DNA of 64,000 nt from positions 32,001 to 96,000 of the forward strand of contig JAYTSD010000028.1 in the NCBI GenBank assembly GCA_043745805.1, given 5' to 3'. Source of the stretch: Fibrobacteria bacterium (lineage in GTDB: Bacteria; Fibrobacterota; Fibrobacteria; UBA11236). Positions 33,552 to 42,813 of this stretch are shown in pieces. The translations under genes and the position numbers were made by a program. The notes under the pieces are model-generated. The model had not been told where the DNA came from. It saw only the letters and a list, made by a program, of their open reading frames with translations, and searched no databases. Position 1 is the first letter of the stretch; each line of letters begins with the position of its first letter.

Positions 33552-35441
33552 TTATTCCAAGGATTTTAAATAATTTCTCCATCCCCCAAAGTGAGTTAGA
33601 TTTTCTCGACCTGCGATGGCATAAGGTTCACAAATAAAACCTTTAATCCACTCACGAGATTTCAATTCAATATTTCCTAGCCCTAAGGGTGGACGAATGA
33701 GAGTTAAAAAATTTCCGGCCGCTTCAGCATTTAAGCTCCATATTTCTAAAGCAATGGAGGAACCGTAATTATTTACGCGTATTAAGCCCGGCAACAGCCC
33801 CTTAAGGCCTTGCACAGCATACATAGTATAATTTGCGGAGGTCAAATCTTCGCGGACAAATTCAGCGTTTAAATCAGTAAGCTGATTATTTAAAGCAAGG
33901 CCACGTAAATGTAAACCAAAAACCGCAATGAGAATTTTTTCATCGGGTTTTTCCGGTTTAGCAAATGGGTAGATGGGGTAGGTGGATTTGTTGGATTTAT
34001 CATTAATGGGTAGAAAATTATATCCCCAAGGCAAATTTGCTTTTGCATGTAATGATTCTGCTAACTTTAACAATAAGCTTTCATGTAAAGCTGGAGCTAA
34101 TAAAGTAAGGCCAAAGGGTAAGCCTTTAGCGTCAAAAGCTTGTGGTACAGTGATTCCGCATAAATCGAGTAGATTTACAAAGTTGGTATATATACCCAAA
34201 TTAGAATTCAACTTTATTGGACTCGCTTCAATTTCTGCAATAGTATAGATGGTTCCTGTTGTAGGGAATAATATTACATCCAAATTTTTAAAAAGCTGTG
34301 CGCATTCTTTGCGTAATGCTTGCATGCGATACATACCTTGAAATGTATCTGAGGCAGAAAAATGTTTTCCATTTTCAATAATATTTAAAGTTACGGGTAA
34401 TATTGAGTTTGCATGATCCTTTATAAATGATTTTAAACCTGTATAACGTTCGGCTACCCAAGGGCCATCATATAATAATTTCCCAGCCTCTTTAAAAAGA
34501 GTAAAGGGAATAGAGATGAGTTCACAGTCAATAAGCGATAAATTTTTCGAGGCATTTTGATAAAGGCGAGCATAATCGCTATTGTCAAAAAAATCTAAAT
34601 CTTCATTTTGAATAATGCCTATGCGTATTTTTGCGGAGGACTTTATTTCCGTTGTTTGAATTTCCGCTATTAAGTGTTGCCATTCTTTAACAGGTTTTTG
34701 CCAAGGATCTTTTACATCTTCTTTTAAACATTGTTGCAGTATAAAATTTGCATCTAAAGAATTTAAAGTAAATATGCTGACACAATCTAAGGACTGACAA
34801 GCTGGAACCACTCCGCGTACGCTTAATAATCCTCGACTAGGTTTAAGTCCAATGATATTTCCAAAAGCGGCGGGAACCCTTCCGGAGCCTGCTGTATCGG
34901 TTCCTAGAGAAAATGCAACTAAGCCCGCGGTAACAGCAACTGCCGATCCTGAACTTGACCCACCGGATATATAAGCAGGATTAAAAATATTTTTCACTAC
35001 TCCATAAGGAGAACGCGTTCCTACCAAGCCGGTGGCAAATTGATCTAAATTAGTTTTACCAATAAAAAGTGCACCCGCATTTAATAAGCATTCCACCACA
35101 AAAGCATTTTCGCTTGGGGTATAGGAATAATCCGAGCAAGCCGCCGTGGTGGGAAATCCGGCTACATCGATATTATCCTTAACGGCAAAGGGAATGCCGT
35201 ATAAAGGAAGTTGAGTATAATCGCCATTCACATTTTCTAAACGTTTTTTTAAAGCGGTAGTTTGTGATTTTAATTCGGAGTCATTCAGTAAATAGATCCA
35301 AATAGCATTGTCTTTATAGGCTTTATTGCGCTCTAGAATTATGGGTACCAACTGTTCAGGAGTCAATAGGCCTTGAACATAGAGCTGTTGTAGAGTGCTT
35401 ATATCTAAAGCCCCTTTTTCTCGATTCCAATTCATTTGCAT
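33552..35441 (-). CDS. atzF: Allophanate hydrolase
   Basis: Amidase signature VKDNIDVAG, GKTNLDQFATGLVGTRSPYG, GGSSSGSA, GTDTAGSGRVPA, YTNFVNLLDL, plus the C-terminal GLHLRGLALN..GFICE..FGGWRNY domain. Confidence 0.95.
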   Translation of the reverse strand: MQMNWNREKGALDISTLQQLYVQGLLTPEQLVPIILERNKAYKDNAIWIYLLNDSELKSQTTALKKRLENVNGDYTQLPLYGIPFAVKDNIDVAGFPTTAACSDYSYTPSENAFVVECLLNAGALFIGKTNLDQFATGLVGTRSPYGVVKNIFNPAYISGGSSSGSAVAVTAGLVAFSLGTDTAGSGRVPAAFGNIIGLKPSRGLLSVRGVVPACQSLDCVSIFTLNSLDANFILQQCLKEDVKDPWQKPVKEWQHLIAEIQTTEIKSSAKIRIGIIQNEDLDFFDNSDYARLYQNASKNLSLIDCELISIPFTLFKEAGKLLYDGPWVAERYTGLKSFIKDHANSILPVTLNIIENGKHFSASDTFQGMYRMQALRKECAQLFKNLDVILFPTTGTIYTIAEIEASPIKLNSNLGIYTNFVNLLDLCGITVPQAFDAKGLPFGLTLLAPALHESLLLKLAESLHAKANLPWGYNFLPINDKSNKSTYPIYPFAKPEKPDEKILIAVFGLHLRGLALNNQLTDLNAEFVREDLTSANYTMYAVQGLKGLLPGLIRVNNYGSSIALEIWSLNAEAAGNFLTLIRPPLGLGNIELKSREWIKGFICEPYAIAGRENLTHFGGWRNYLKSLE

Positions 35442-35480
35442 TCCTGCCTAATTCCAAAATGTTTATCACTCATAAAGAAA

Positions 35481-35495
35481 GCAAATTTCTGACCA
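35481..35495 (-). promoter_or_regulatory. Sigma54-type -24/-12 promoter for atzF
   Basis: Minus strand TGGTCAGAAATTTGC (GG-N10-GC), about 40 bp upstream of the atzF start. Confidence 0.55.
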
Positions 35496-35685
35496 AACCC
35501 AAAGGCGTAAAATCCCCCTTTTGGGGGATAGGGGATAAACATGGAAATAGCGATTATTTCATATGTGAAATGGACTGAAGTGATGGGGGCAAGGCTCCTT
35601 ACGATTCATTTCGCTTTAGTATTTTACTTTTTGTATGCGTAGCATGCCGCCTTTCATCCGTATTTTGGTTGCGAATAATTATTGG

Positions 35686-35743
35686 GTAACATATATGTTA
35701 ACATGGTTATTTGTGGATTAATTATGCGTAACATAAATGTTAC
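35686..35743. promoter_or_regulatory. Two palindromic sites GTAACATAWATGTTA(C), 42 bp apart, candidate enhancer/operator
   Basis: GTAACATATATGTTA at 35686 and GTAACATAAATGTTAC at 35728. Confidence 0.65.
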
Positions 35744-35854
35744 AATAGGAAAATTCTGGCAAATATTGTCTAACAAAAAATTACAGTTATTGAAATAAAT
35801 GCGGAAAATATTTTTCTAAAGGTTAAATAGCAATAATATCACAACAATAATCTT

Positions 35855-35869
35855 TGGCATATTATTCGC
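35855..35869 (+). promoter_or_regulatory. Sigma54-type -24/-12 promoter for the porin-ABC-biuH operon
   Basis: TGGCATATTATTCGC (GG-N10-GC), about 50 bp upstream of the ATG at 35919. Confidence 0.55.
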
Positions 35870-35918
35870 GTGGCTACTTAGGGTAGGAATTAAACTTCAC
35901 TCTCAAAAAGGGGTAACC

Positions 35919-36671
35919 ATGAAATACTTTAAAACAAACACCTTACTTATGCTTATGGCAGTTGGATTTTTTTTACAACCTGCATACTCCGCTATTTGGA
36001 GCAGTACCAATGTGGAATATTTATATGGATGGAATTGGAATAAAGACATGGGGAAAGAAGAGAAGGCTGTAATTACTATTGAGCATGCCAGCGGATTTAA
36101 ATACGGGGATAACTTTTTCTTTGTCGATATAACGCATCCCCTAGGAGATACTGCCAATCACGAAGAAGTGTATGGGCAATGGGATCCGCGTTTTAGCTTA
36201 GGAAAAATTTCTGGTTCCAGTTTAGCATTTGGACCCATAGGTGACGTATTAGTTACTGGCGAATTAGGCTACGGTGCTAATCCATTGGGCTTTTATCAAA
36301 GGGAATATAATTATGGTATCGGCCTTGATATCAAGGCTCCTTGGTTCGCTTATTTGGCAATTAATTTTTGGGTTCATGATACTCCTTATAATGATGGCAT
36401 GACTTTCCAAATCAGTCCGTATTGGGGTTTGCCATTTAAGATTAGTAATGTCGGATTTATGTTCGAAGGATTTTTGGACTTCATAGGTGATGAAGGAAAA
36501 ACCGCACCATCAATGATCACGCAGCCTCGCTTACTTTTGGATTTAGGTAGTCTTTGGAAAGCGGAAGGAAATTTATTCGTCGGAACTGAAGTGGATTTTT
36601 GGTGGAATGAATTTGGCTTCCGCCATAAACATGAAGCTGTTCCACAGTTAATGGTCAAATGGGTGTTTTAA
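35919..36671 (+). CDS. Tsx-like (nucleoside-specific channel family) outer-membrane protein
   Basis: Signal peptide, WSSTNVEYLYG, ITIEHASGFKYGDNFFFVD, PRFSLGKI, FEGFLDF, QPRLLLDLG, ends VKWVF. Confidence 0.8.
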   Translation: MKYFKTNTLLMLMAVGFFLQPAYSAIWSSTNVEYLYGWNWNKDMGKEEKAVITIEHASGFKYGDNFFFVDITHPLGDTANHEEVYGQWDPRFSLGKISGSSLAFGPIGDVLVTGELGYGANPLGFYQREYNYGIGLDIKAPWFAYLAINFWVHDTPYNDGMTFQISPYWGLPFKISNVGFMFEGFLDFIGDEGKTAPSMITQPRLLLDLGSLWKAEGNLFVGTEVDFWWNEFGFRHKHEAVPQLMVKWVF

Positions 36672-36721
36672 TTCTTAACGATAAATAAAAGAATTAAAAA
36701 AAATTAATCAGAGATTCTCCT

Positions 36722-38242
36722 GTGCATGTGAAATTAAAAGGTATCACTAAACAATTCGGGTCCATGTTGGCTAATGACAATGTGGACTTGGAAATTTTGC
36801 CCGGTGAAGTGCTTGCCTTATTAGGCGAAAATGGTGCAGGCAAAAGCACCTTGATGAAAATGCTTTATGGTTTTTATTCCGTAACCTCGGGTGAGATTTT
36901 TGTAGACGGAAAGTTAATGCAAATGGATTCTCCTAAAACCGCTATGGCAGTGGGTATAGGCATGGTCTTTCAGCAGTTTAGTTTAGTTCCCGCTTTAAGC
37001 GTAAAAGAAAATCTCATGCTAGCTTATCCTAAAGCGCCTTGGTGGCAGCCTCGCAAATCAAAAATTTGGGAAAATGTTTTAAAAAATTTACAAAGGCTTG
37101 CGCCGGATATTTCGCCAAATGCTTTAGTACGTGATTTAGCAGTAGGTGAGAAGCAATTATTGGAATTGGTAAAAGTATTAAATCTCAATGCGCAATTAGT
37201 CATCTTGGATGAACCTTCTTCCGTGCTTACTCCCATGGAAGTGCAAAGATTATGGGCTATGGTTAAACAATTAGTTTCACAAGGGCATAGCGTAGTATTT
37301 ATTACCCATAAGTTTGAAGATGTTACTGCTTGCGCGGATAGGGTAGCCGTCATGCGACGGGGTAAATTGATGCAAACTTGCCTTGCAAAAGGTAAAAGTA
37401 TTCAAGATTTAGTGCAATTGATGATGGGTGAAGAAACCCTTAAGCATGCGCAAGCTGTACAAGCTCCCGAAAAAACTACGCCCCAAGTTTGGGTTAAAAA
37501 TATATCCGCAGAGTTTGGAACTATGTCCATTCATCAAATTGAATTGGAAGTGGCGGCGGGAGAAATACTCGGCATAGCTGGGGTAACCGGAAATGGACAA
37601 TTTGTTTTAGCCGAAGCACTGGCAGGTGTTTTACCCCTTACCGAAGGGGAAATTATTTTGGAAGGCGAAATAGTAAGTCGTCTGGATGGGCATGCTACCG
37701 GGAATGATAAAATCTCCTATATCCCGGAACAACCCTTTTATAATGGCATAGCTGGCGAATTGGATTTGGTGGTGAATTTATTTTTGAAAAAAATTCGTTC
37801 TATGCCTTGGATTCCAAAATGGAAACAATATAAAACCAAAGCCATTGAATTAATTAATCAATATGATGTACGTCCGCCTGAGCCGAGTAAATTGGCCGAA
37901 GAATTATCCGGTGGCAATGTGCAAAAATTAGTGATAGCGCGTGAATTATCGGAATCTCCTAAATTTATCATTGCTTGTTACCCTACCATGGGGTTAGATA
38001 TTTCCGCCACTAGCGCGGTTTATGATAGGCTATTTCGGCATGCTGAAAAGGGCGCGAGCATTATTTGGATATCCGAAGATTTAGAACATCTTTTACAATA
38101 TTCGCATCGTATTGCCGTGCTTGCCCATGGACGCATAGCTGGCATAGTAAAAACTACTGAAGCCACACGGCAACAAGTAGGGTTATGGATGACGGGTTCG
38201 ATTCCTTCGGAAGAAAAACCCTTAGCGGAAGCTCTAGTCTAG
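36722..38242 (+). CDS. CUT2/nucleoside-type ABC transporter ATP-binding protein (two NBDs)
   Basis: LLGENGAGKSTL, ILDEP, LSGGNVQK, PTMGLD. Confidence 0.92.
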   Translation: MHVKLKGITKQFGSMLANDNVDLEILPGEVLALLGENGAGKSTLMKMLYGFYSVTSGEIFVDGKLMQMDSPKTAMAVGIGMVFQQFSLVPALSVKENLMLAYPKAPWWQPRKSKIWENVLKNLQRLAPDISPNALVRDLAVGEKQLLELVKVLNLNAQLVILDEPSSVLTPMEVQRLWAMVKQLVSQGHSVVFITHKFEDVTACADRVAVMRRGKLMQTCLAKGKSIQDLVQLMMGEETLKHAQAVQAPEKTTPQVWVKNISAEFGTMSIHQIELEVAAGEILGIAGVTGNGQFVLAEALAGVLPLTEGEIILEGEIVSRLDGHATGNDKISYIPEQPFYNGIAGELDLVVNLFLKKIRSMPWIPKWKQYKTKAIELINQYDVRPPEPSKLAEELSGGNVQKLVIARELSESPKFIIACYPTMGLDISATSAVYDRLFRHAEKGASIIWISEDLEHLLQYSHRIAVLAHGRIAGIVKTTEATRQQVGLWMTGSIPSEEKPLAEALV

Positions 38243-38244
38243 GA

Positions 38245-39318
38245 ATGAATATGCTAGTCGTCGCTCAATCCGCCAATATTCCTAAAAAAATATTGGATAA
38301 AAAAAATCTCTACTCCGGTCCGGGTACCGTGGTACTTTGTGCTTTGGCTTTTGTTTTTTTCAGCAGTATTTTTTTCTTTTGCATTGGACATCAACCATTT
38401 GGATTGCTTTGGGCTATGCTCAAAGGAGCTTTTGGGGATGGTTATTCAATTTCCGAAACCTTAGTTAAAACCGCTCCCATTTTATTATGTGCTTTAGCGA
38501 CGGCCATTCCCGCACGCTTAGGTTTAATTTCGGTAGGAGCAGAAGGACAACTTTATATTGGCGCCTTATTTGGATCCGGCTTGGTATTGCATATGATGAA
38601 TGCTTCCAAAGCGACCATGTTACCTGCTATGCTATTGGTAGCGGGAGTAGGAGGTGCTTTATGGGCATTAATACCGGCTTTATTAAAAGCCAAACTTCGC
38701 GTCAATGAAACCATTAGCACTTTATTATTGAATTATGTGGCTTCGCTTTGCGTCGACTATTTGGTTTATGGTCCTTGGAAAGATCCAAATAATTTAGGTT
38801 GGCCCGCCACTGTTTATTTTCCCGATGCGGCGAAGTTACCTACTTATTTTGGGACGCGTATGCATTTTGGTTTATTCATCGGCATTGCGGCCACCTTGCT
38901 TTTTCATTGGTTGGTTACGGCGACTCGCTGGGGAATTTCCTTAAGGGTAATGAAAAGTAATCAGCATGTTGCGGAGGGCGCAGGCTTACGCTATATACCC
39001 AATGTGCTTTTAGTCATGGCCTTGGGTGGAATGTTGGCTGGATTTGCGGGCATAGCTGAAACATCCGTGATACAAGGTCGTTTACAATCGGGTATATCCA
39101 ATGGCTTAGGCTTTAGCGGATTTTTGGTGGCTTGGTTAGCCGGAAAAAGCTTATTGCGTTTAATCCCTTTATCCATTATGTTAGGAGGCTTATTAGCATC
39201 CGGCGATGCCCTACAATTAATCGCAGATTTGCCTTCATCCATTGCCTTGGTATTACAGGGCTTACTGTTTGCCAGTGCTCTTTTAGTAATGGGTTGGGTT
39301 AGAAAGCAAAAGGCATAA
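38245..39318 (+). CDS. ABC transporter permease (BPD_transp_2)
   Basis: ETLVKTAPILL, SVGAEGQLYIGA, VNETISTLLLNY. Start placed at ATG 38245. Confidence 0.9.
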   Translation: MNMLVVAQSANIPKKILDKKNLYSGPGTVVLCALAFVFFSSIFFFCIGHQPFGLLWAMLKGAFGDGYSISETLVKTAPILLCALATAIPARLGLISVGAEGQLYIGALFGSGLVLHMMNASKATMLPAMLLVAGVGGALWALIPALLKAKLRVNETISTLLLNYVASLCVDYLVYGPWKDPNNLGWPATVYFPDAAKLPTYFGTRMHFGLFIGIAATLLFHWLVTATRWGISLRVMKSNQHVAEGAGLRYIPNVLLVMALGGMLAGFAGIAETSVIQGRLQSGISNGLGFSGFLVAWLAGKSLLRLIPLSIMLGGLLASGDALQLIADLPSSIALVLQGLLFASALLVMGWVRKQKA

Positions 39319-39320
39319 AT

Positions 39321-40244
39321 ATGTGGGATATTCTTTTCAATGGTTTTTTGATTTCTGCCTTGCGTAGTTCCTCTCCTTTGCTTTGGGTACTCATGGGAGA
39401 AACCATTACCCAACGTGTAGCTATTGTGAATTTAGGCGTAGAAGGACAAATGTTAGTGGGCGCATTAGCCGGCTTTGCCGCAACGGTAGTAACCGGTAAT
39501 CCCTGGTTAGGTTTATGTGCCGGAGCAGCTGCAGGTATGACTTTGTCGGGTTTACACGCATTACTATGCATAGGTTTTAATGCCAATGCTTTTGCCAGTG
39601 GTTTAGCCGTATGGATGTTTGGATTCGGACTTTCTGCTTTTTATGGTATACCTTATGTCGGGCAAAAAATTGATGGTTTTAAAGCTTTCAATATTCCTGC
39701 ATTAAGCAATGTACCGATTTTGGGAAATTTGATTTCTCAAATCACGCCTACTGTGGTACTCGCTTTGTTACTGGCTCCTTTATTAGGTATTTGGTTATAT
39801 CGCACTCGCACCGGATTAATTTGGCGAGCAGTGGGCGAATCTTCGCAATCAGCCTTAGCCATGGGTGTTAAACCTAAATGGGTACAAGTACAAGGAATAT
39901 TATTGGGGGGTATCTTGTCAGGCATCGGTGGTGCGGCGCTTTCGGTGGATTATACCCGCAACTGGGTGGAAGGCATGAGCGCCGGTCGCGGTTTAGTGGC
40001 GGTAGGCTTGGTTATTGTTGCCCGCTGGAATCCATTTTTAACTATTCCTGCGGCTTTGCTTTTTGGAGGTACGGAAACTTTAACGTTACGCTTACAAACA
40101 GCAGGTGTTCCTATTTCTTCGCACTTGCTGCATACTTTGCCTTATATTGTTTCACTGCTGGTGTTAATCCTCAGCTTCTTTAGTGCTAATAAGGAAGGTG
40201 GCACACCTAATGGACTCAAAGCTGTTTTTGGAAGTGGCAATTAG
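39321..40244 (+). CDS. ABC transporter permease (BPD_transp_2)
   Basis: GETITQRVAIVNLGVEGQMLVGA, GMSAGRGLVAVGLVIVARWNP, LPY. Confidence 0.9.
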   Translation: MWDILFNGFLISALRSSSPLLWVLMGETITQRVAIVNLGVEGQMLVGALAGFAATVVTGNPWLGLCAGAAAGMTLSGLHALLCIGFNANAFASGLAVWMFGFGLSAFYGIPYVGQKIDGFKAFNIPALSNVPILGNLISQITPTVVLALLLAPLLGIWLYRTRTGLIWRAVGESSQSALAMGVKPKWVQVQGILLGGILSGIGGAALSVDYTRNWVEGMSAGRGLVAVGLVIVARWNPFLTIPAALLFGGTETLTLRLQTAGVPISSHLLHTLPYIVSLLVLILSFFSANKEGGTPNGLKAVFGSGN

Positions 40245-40306
40245 TAATAATAAATATTTTAGTCATTTAAATTTTATTTCACTCACTCATTCAAAAGGAA
40301 AATCAT

Positions 40307-41365
40307 ATGCTTAAGAAAAAAATTGTAAGCACTTTACTTTCGGCCTCCCTTGCCATAGGCGCTTGGGCAGAAACAAAAGTGGGGTATATTTATGTTGGAC
40401 CAAAAAATGATTATGGTTATAACTATGCCATGGATCAAGGCCGTTTATATGTGGAAAAAAATATGCCTGGTGTGAAAACGGTCAGCTTTGAAAATGTTCC
40501 TGAAAATGCTGAAGTAGAACGCGTGATGGAACGTATGATTAAAAGCGGATGTACTATTATTTTTCCTACTAGTTATGGTTATCTCGATCCAGCTTTAAAT
40601 GTCGCTAAAAAATATCCCAATGTGACTTTTATGCATGCGGGTGGTTTTAAAACTGCCCCTAATTTGGGAACTTTTTTTGCAGGCATTGATGATGCCATGT
40701 ATTTAGCTGGTATGGCTGCGGGCGGTACTACTAAAACTGGTAAATTAGGTTTTATTGCCGCCCATCCCATTCCCCAAGTATTACGTAATATCAATGCCTT
40801 TACCCGAGGTGCACAAAGTGTTAACCCCAAGGTTACTACAACGGTAATATGGACTGGCACTTGGTCGGATCCGGCTAAAGAAGCGGAAGCCGCTAATTCA
40901 TTAGTGGATGCGGGAGTAGATGTATTAACTGGCCATGTGGACTGTCCTATTACCTATACACAAACGGCTGAGAAGCGCGGTGTATTTGTAGTTGGCTATC
41001 ATGCCGATGCCAGCAAATTTGCACCTAAAGGCTGGTTGGTTGGTGCCGCTTGGAATTGGGGTCCGATGATGGGAAAAATTATTAAAAGTGTAGGCGATAA
41101 AACTTGGAAGCCAGAACATATTCGTGGAGATTTAATGGCGGGTGATGCCGGTATAACCAAATTTGGATCCGCTGTTTCGGCCAAAACCAAGGAATTAGTA
41201 CTCGCTAAAGAAAAAGAGTTTAAAGCCGGAAAAGCTTCTTTATGGATGGGCCCTATTTTAAAACAAGATGGTTCGAGTGTAGCGCCGAAAGATTCATTGG
41301 TCCCGATGGCGACTTTAGAATCTATGGATTTTTTTGTAAAAGGCGTTATTGGTACAGTGAAATAA
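40307..41365 (+). CDS. BMP-family ABC substrate-binding protein
   Basis: VGYIYVGPKNDYGYN, ENVPE, TSYGY, YLAGMAAG..KLGFIAAHPIPQVLRNINAFTRGA, WSDPAKE. Confidence 0.92.
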   Translation: MLKKKIVSTLLSASLAIGAWAETKVGYIYVGPKNDYGYNYAMDQGRLYVEKNMPGVKTVSFENVPENAEVERVMERMIKSGCTIIFPTSYGYLDPALNVAKKYPNVTFMHAGGFKTAPNLGTFFAGIDDAMYLAGMAAGGTTKTGKLGFIAAHPIPQVLRNINAFTRGAQSVNPKVTTTVIWTGTWSDPAKEAEAANSLVDAGVDVLTGHVDCPITYTQTAEKRGVFVVGYHADASKFAPKGWLVGAAWNWGPMMGKIIKSVGDKTWKPEHIRGDLMAGDAGITKFGSAVSAKTKELVLAKEKEFKAGKASLWMGPILKQDGSSVAPKDSLVPMATLESMDFFVKGVIGTVK

Positions 41366-41526
41366 TTTCCTAAGCTATTATTTTGGGAATAAGGATGAAA
41401 TGGACAAACTCAAATATGTTTGTTAATTCATCCTTATACTTTTTTCCTAAAGGGAATGCAGGAAATAAAGTAGGAGTTACCAAAATATTACCAACGCTTA
41501 ATAATAAGCGATTAGGAGTTAAAAGC

Positions 41527-41892
41527 GTGAGTGACATTAAATCTTTTCGTTTAAAGACGAATATGCAAGGGCCTGAAGATGGCGATACAGCTTGGACGGA
41601 ATTGAGACCGGGTGTACATATTCGCACTTTATTTGAAGGAGTAGATAAAAGTTATAAAGTAGCTTTAATTCATTATCTCCCTAACACTTCGGTGCCTATG
41701 CATGAACATATTGGAGGAGAGCATCTTTTTGTTTTGCAAGGTAGTCAAGAAGATGAGAATGGCATTTATGGTCCGGGTACTTATGTATATAATCCCCCGG
41801 GAACTTATCATGATGTACAAAGTTCGGAAGGATGTTTAGTCCTAGTCCATTGGCAAGCTCCGGTTCGGTTTGTAAATCCGCTGGACGATTGA
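41527..41892 (+). CDS. ChrR-like cupin domain protein
   Basis: PMHEHIGGEHLFVLQG..DENG.YGPGTYVYNPPGTYH cupin motifs. GTG start at 41527 with AGGAG RBS. Confidence 0.85.
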   Translation: MSDIKSFRLKTNMQGPEDGDTAWTELRPGVHIRTLFEGVDKSYKVALIHYLPNTSVPMHEHIGGEHLFVLQGSQEDENGIYGPGTYVYNPPGTYHDVQSSEGCLVLVHWQAPVRFVNPLDD

Positions 41893-41928
41893 TAATAAAT
41901 CCACACCCTAAATTTAGGAGAAGCAAAC

Positions 41929-42624
41929 ATGGCGAAGTTTTCCGTTAAATCAGATCCTTATGTTTGGCCCTTTGATGGCGGTGTTTCGCCAGATAAAGTA
42001 GCTTTGATTGTGATTGATATGCAAATCGATTTTTGCGGCCCGGGCGGTTATGTAGAAGCGATGGGATATGATATTAGTCTCACACGCAACGCCATTGATC
42101 CCATTAAAAATACCTTAGACATCATGCGGAAAATACCAGGGTTTTTAATTATCCACACTCGCGAAGGACATCGACCTGAATTAGTAGACTTGCCGGCAAA
42201 TAAATCATGGCGTAGTAAAACAGTTTGTCCGGGTATTGGTGAGCCTGGCCCTTGTGGTAAAATTTTAGTTAGGGGTGAATTAGGTTGGGATATTATTCCC
42301 GAGCTTAAACCTATTGCGGGAGAAATTATTATTGATAAACCAGGCAAGGGTAGCTTCTATGCTACGGACTTGGAACATATTTTACACACCACGGGAAAAA
42401 CCTATATTATTCTTTGTGGTATTACTACCGACGTTTGCGTGCATACGACTATGCGCGAAGCGAATGATAGAGGTTTTGAATGCCTTATGCTTACCGATGC
42501 TACAGGTGCTACCGTAAAAAGCAATCATGAGGCTGCCATTAACATGATTAGTATGCAGGGCGGAGTATTTGGCGCAACAGTTGCTTCTCCATTATTGATT
42601 GAGGCTTTATTGCCTTTAGTGTAA
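41929..42624 (+). CDS. biuH: Biuret amidohydrolase (cysteine hydrolase, isochorismatase superfamily)
   Basis: DPYVWP, IDMQIDFC, HTREGHRP.L.DLPANK.WRS, DKPGKGSF, GITTDVCV.TTMREANDRG, MQGGVFG: the D-K-C triad and BiuH-type signatures as recalled. atzF is in the same locus. Confidence 0.88.
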   Translation: MAKFSVKSDPYVWPFDGGVSPDKVALIVIDMQIDFCGPGGYVEAMGYDISLTRNAIDPIKNTLDIMRKIPGFLIIHTREGHRPELVDLPANKSWRSKTVCPGIGEPGPCGKILVRGELGWDIIPELKPIAGEIIIDKPGKGSFYATDLEHILHTTGKTYIILCGITTDVCVHTTMREANDRGFECLMLTDATGATVKSNHEAAINMISMQGGVFGATVASPLLIEALLPLV

Positions 42625-42813
42625 CAAAAGTTGTAAAAAACTGTTATAAATTGTTGTGAACTGCTTTACGTCGAAATTTTAAAAAAGCATACAATTACTT
42701 CTTACCAATTCAGTAAATCTCGAATATTCATATTATTTTTATTTCATGGAATGTAGTTGTCTTTATTCTGCATTTTTAAAGCAAGGTAGCCTGAAGGTTT
42801 ATACGAGTTACTA

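Noticed and set aside
41383-41526. N-terminal 48 aa of the 169-aa cupin ORF call
   Set aside because: Looks like intergenic read-through; an AGGAG RBS supports the GTG start at 41527.
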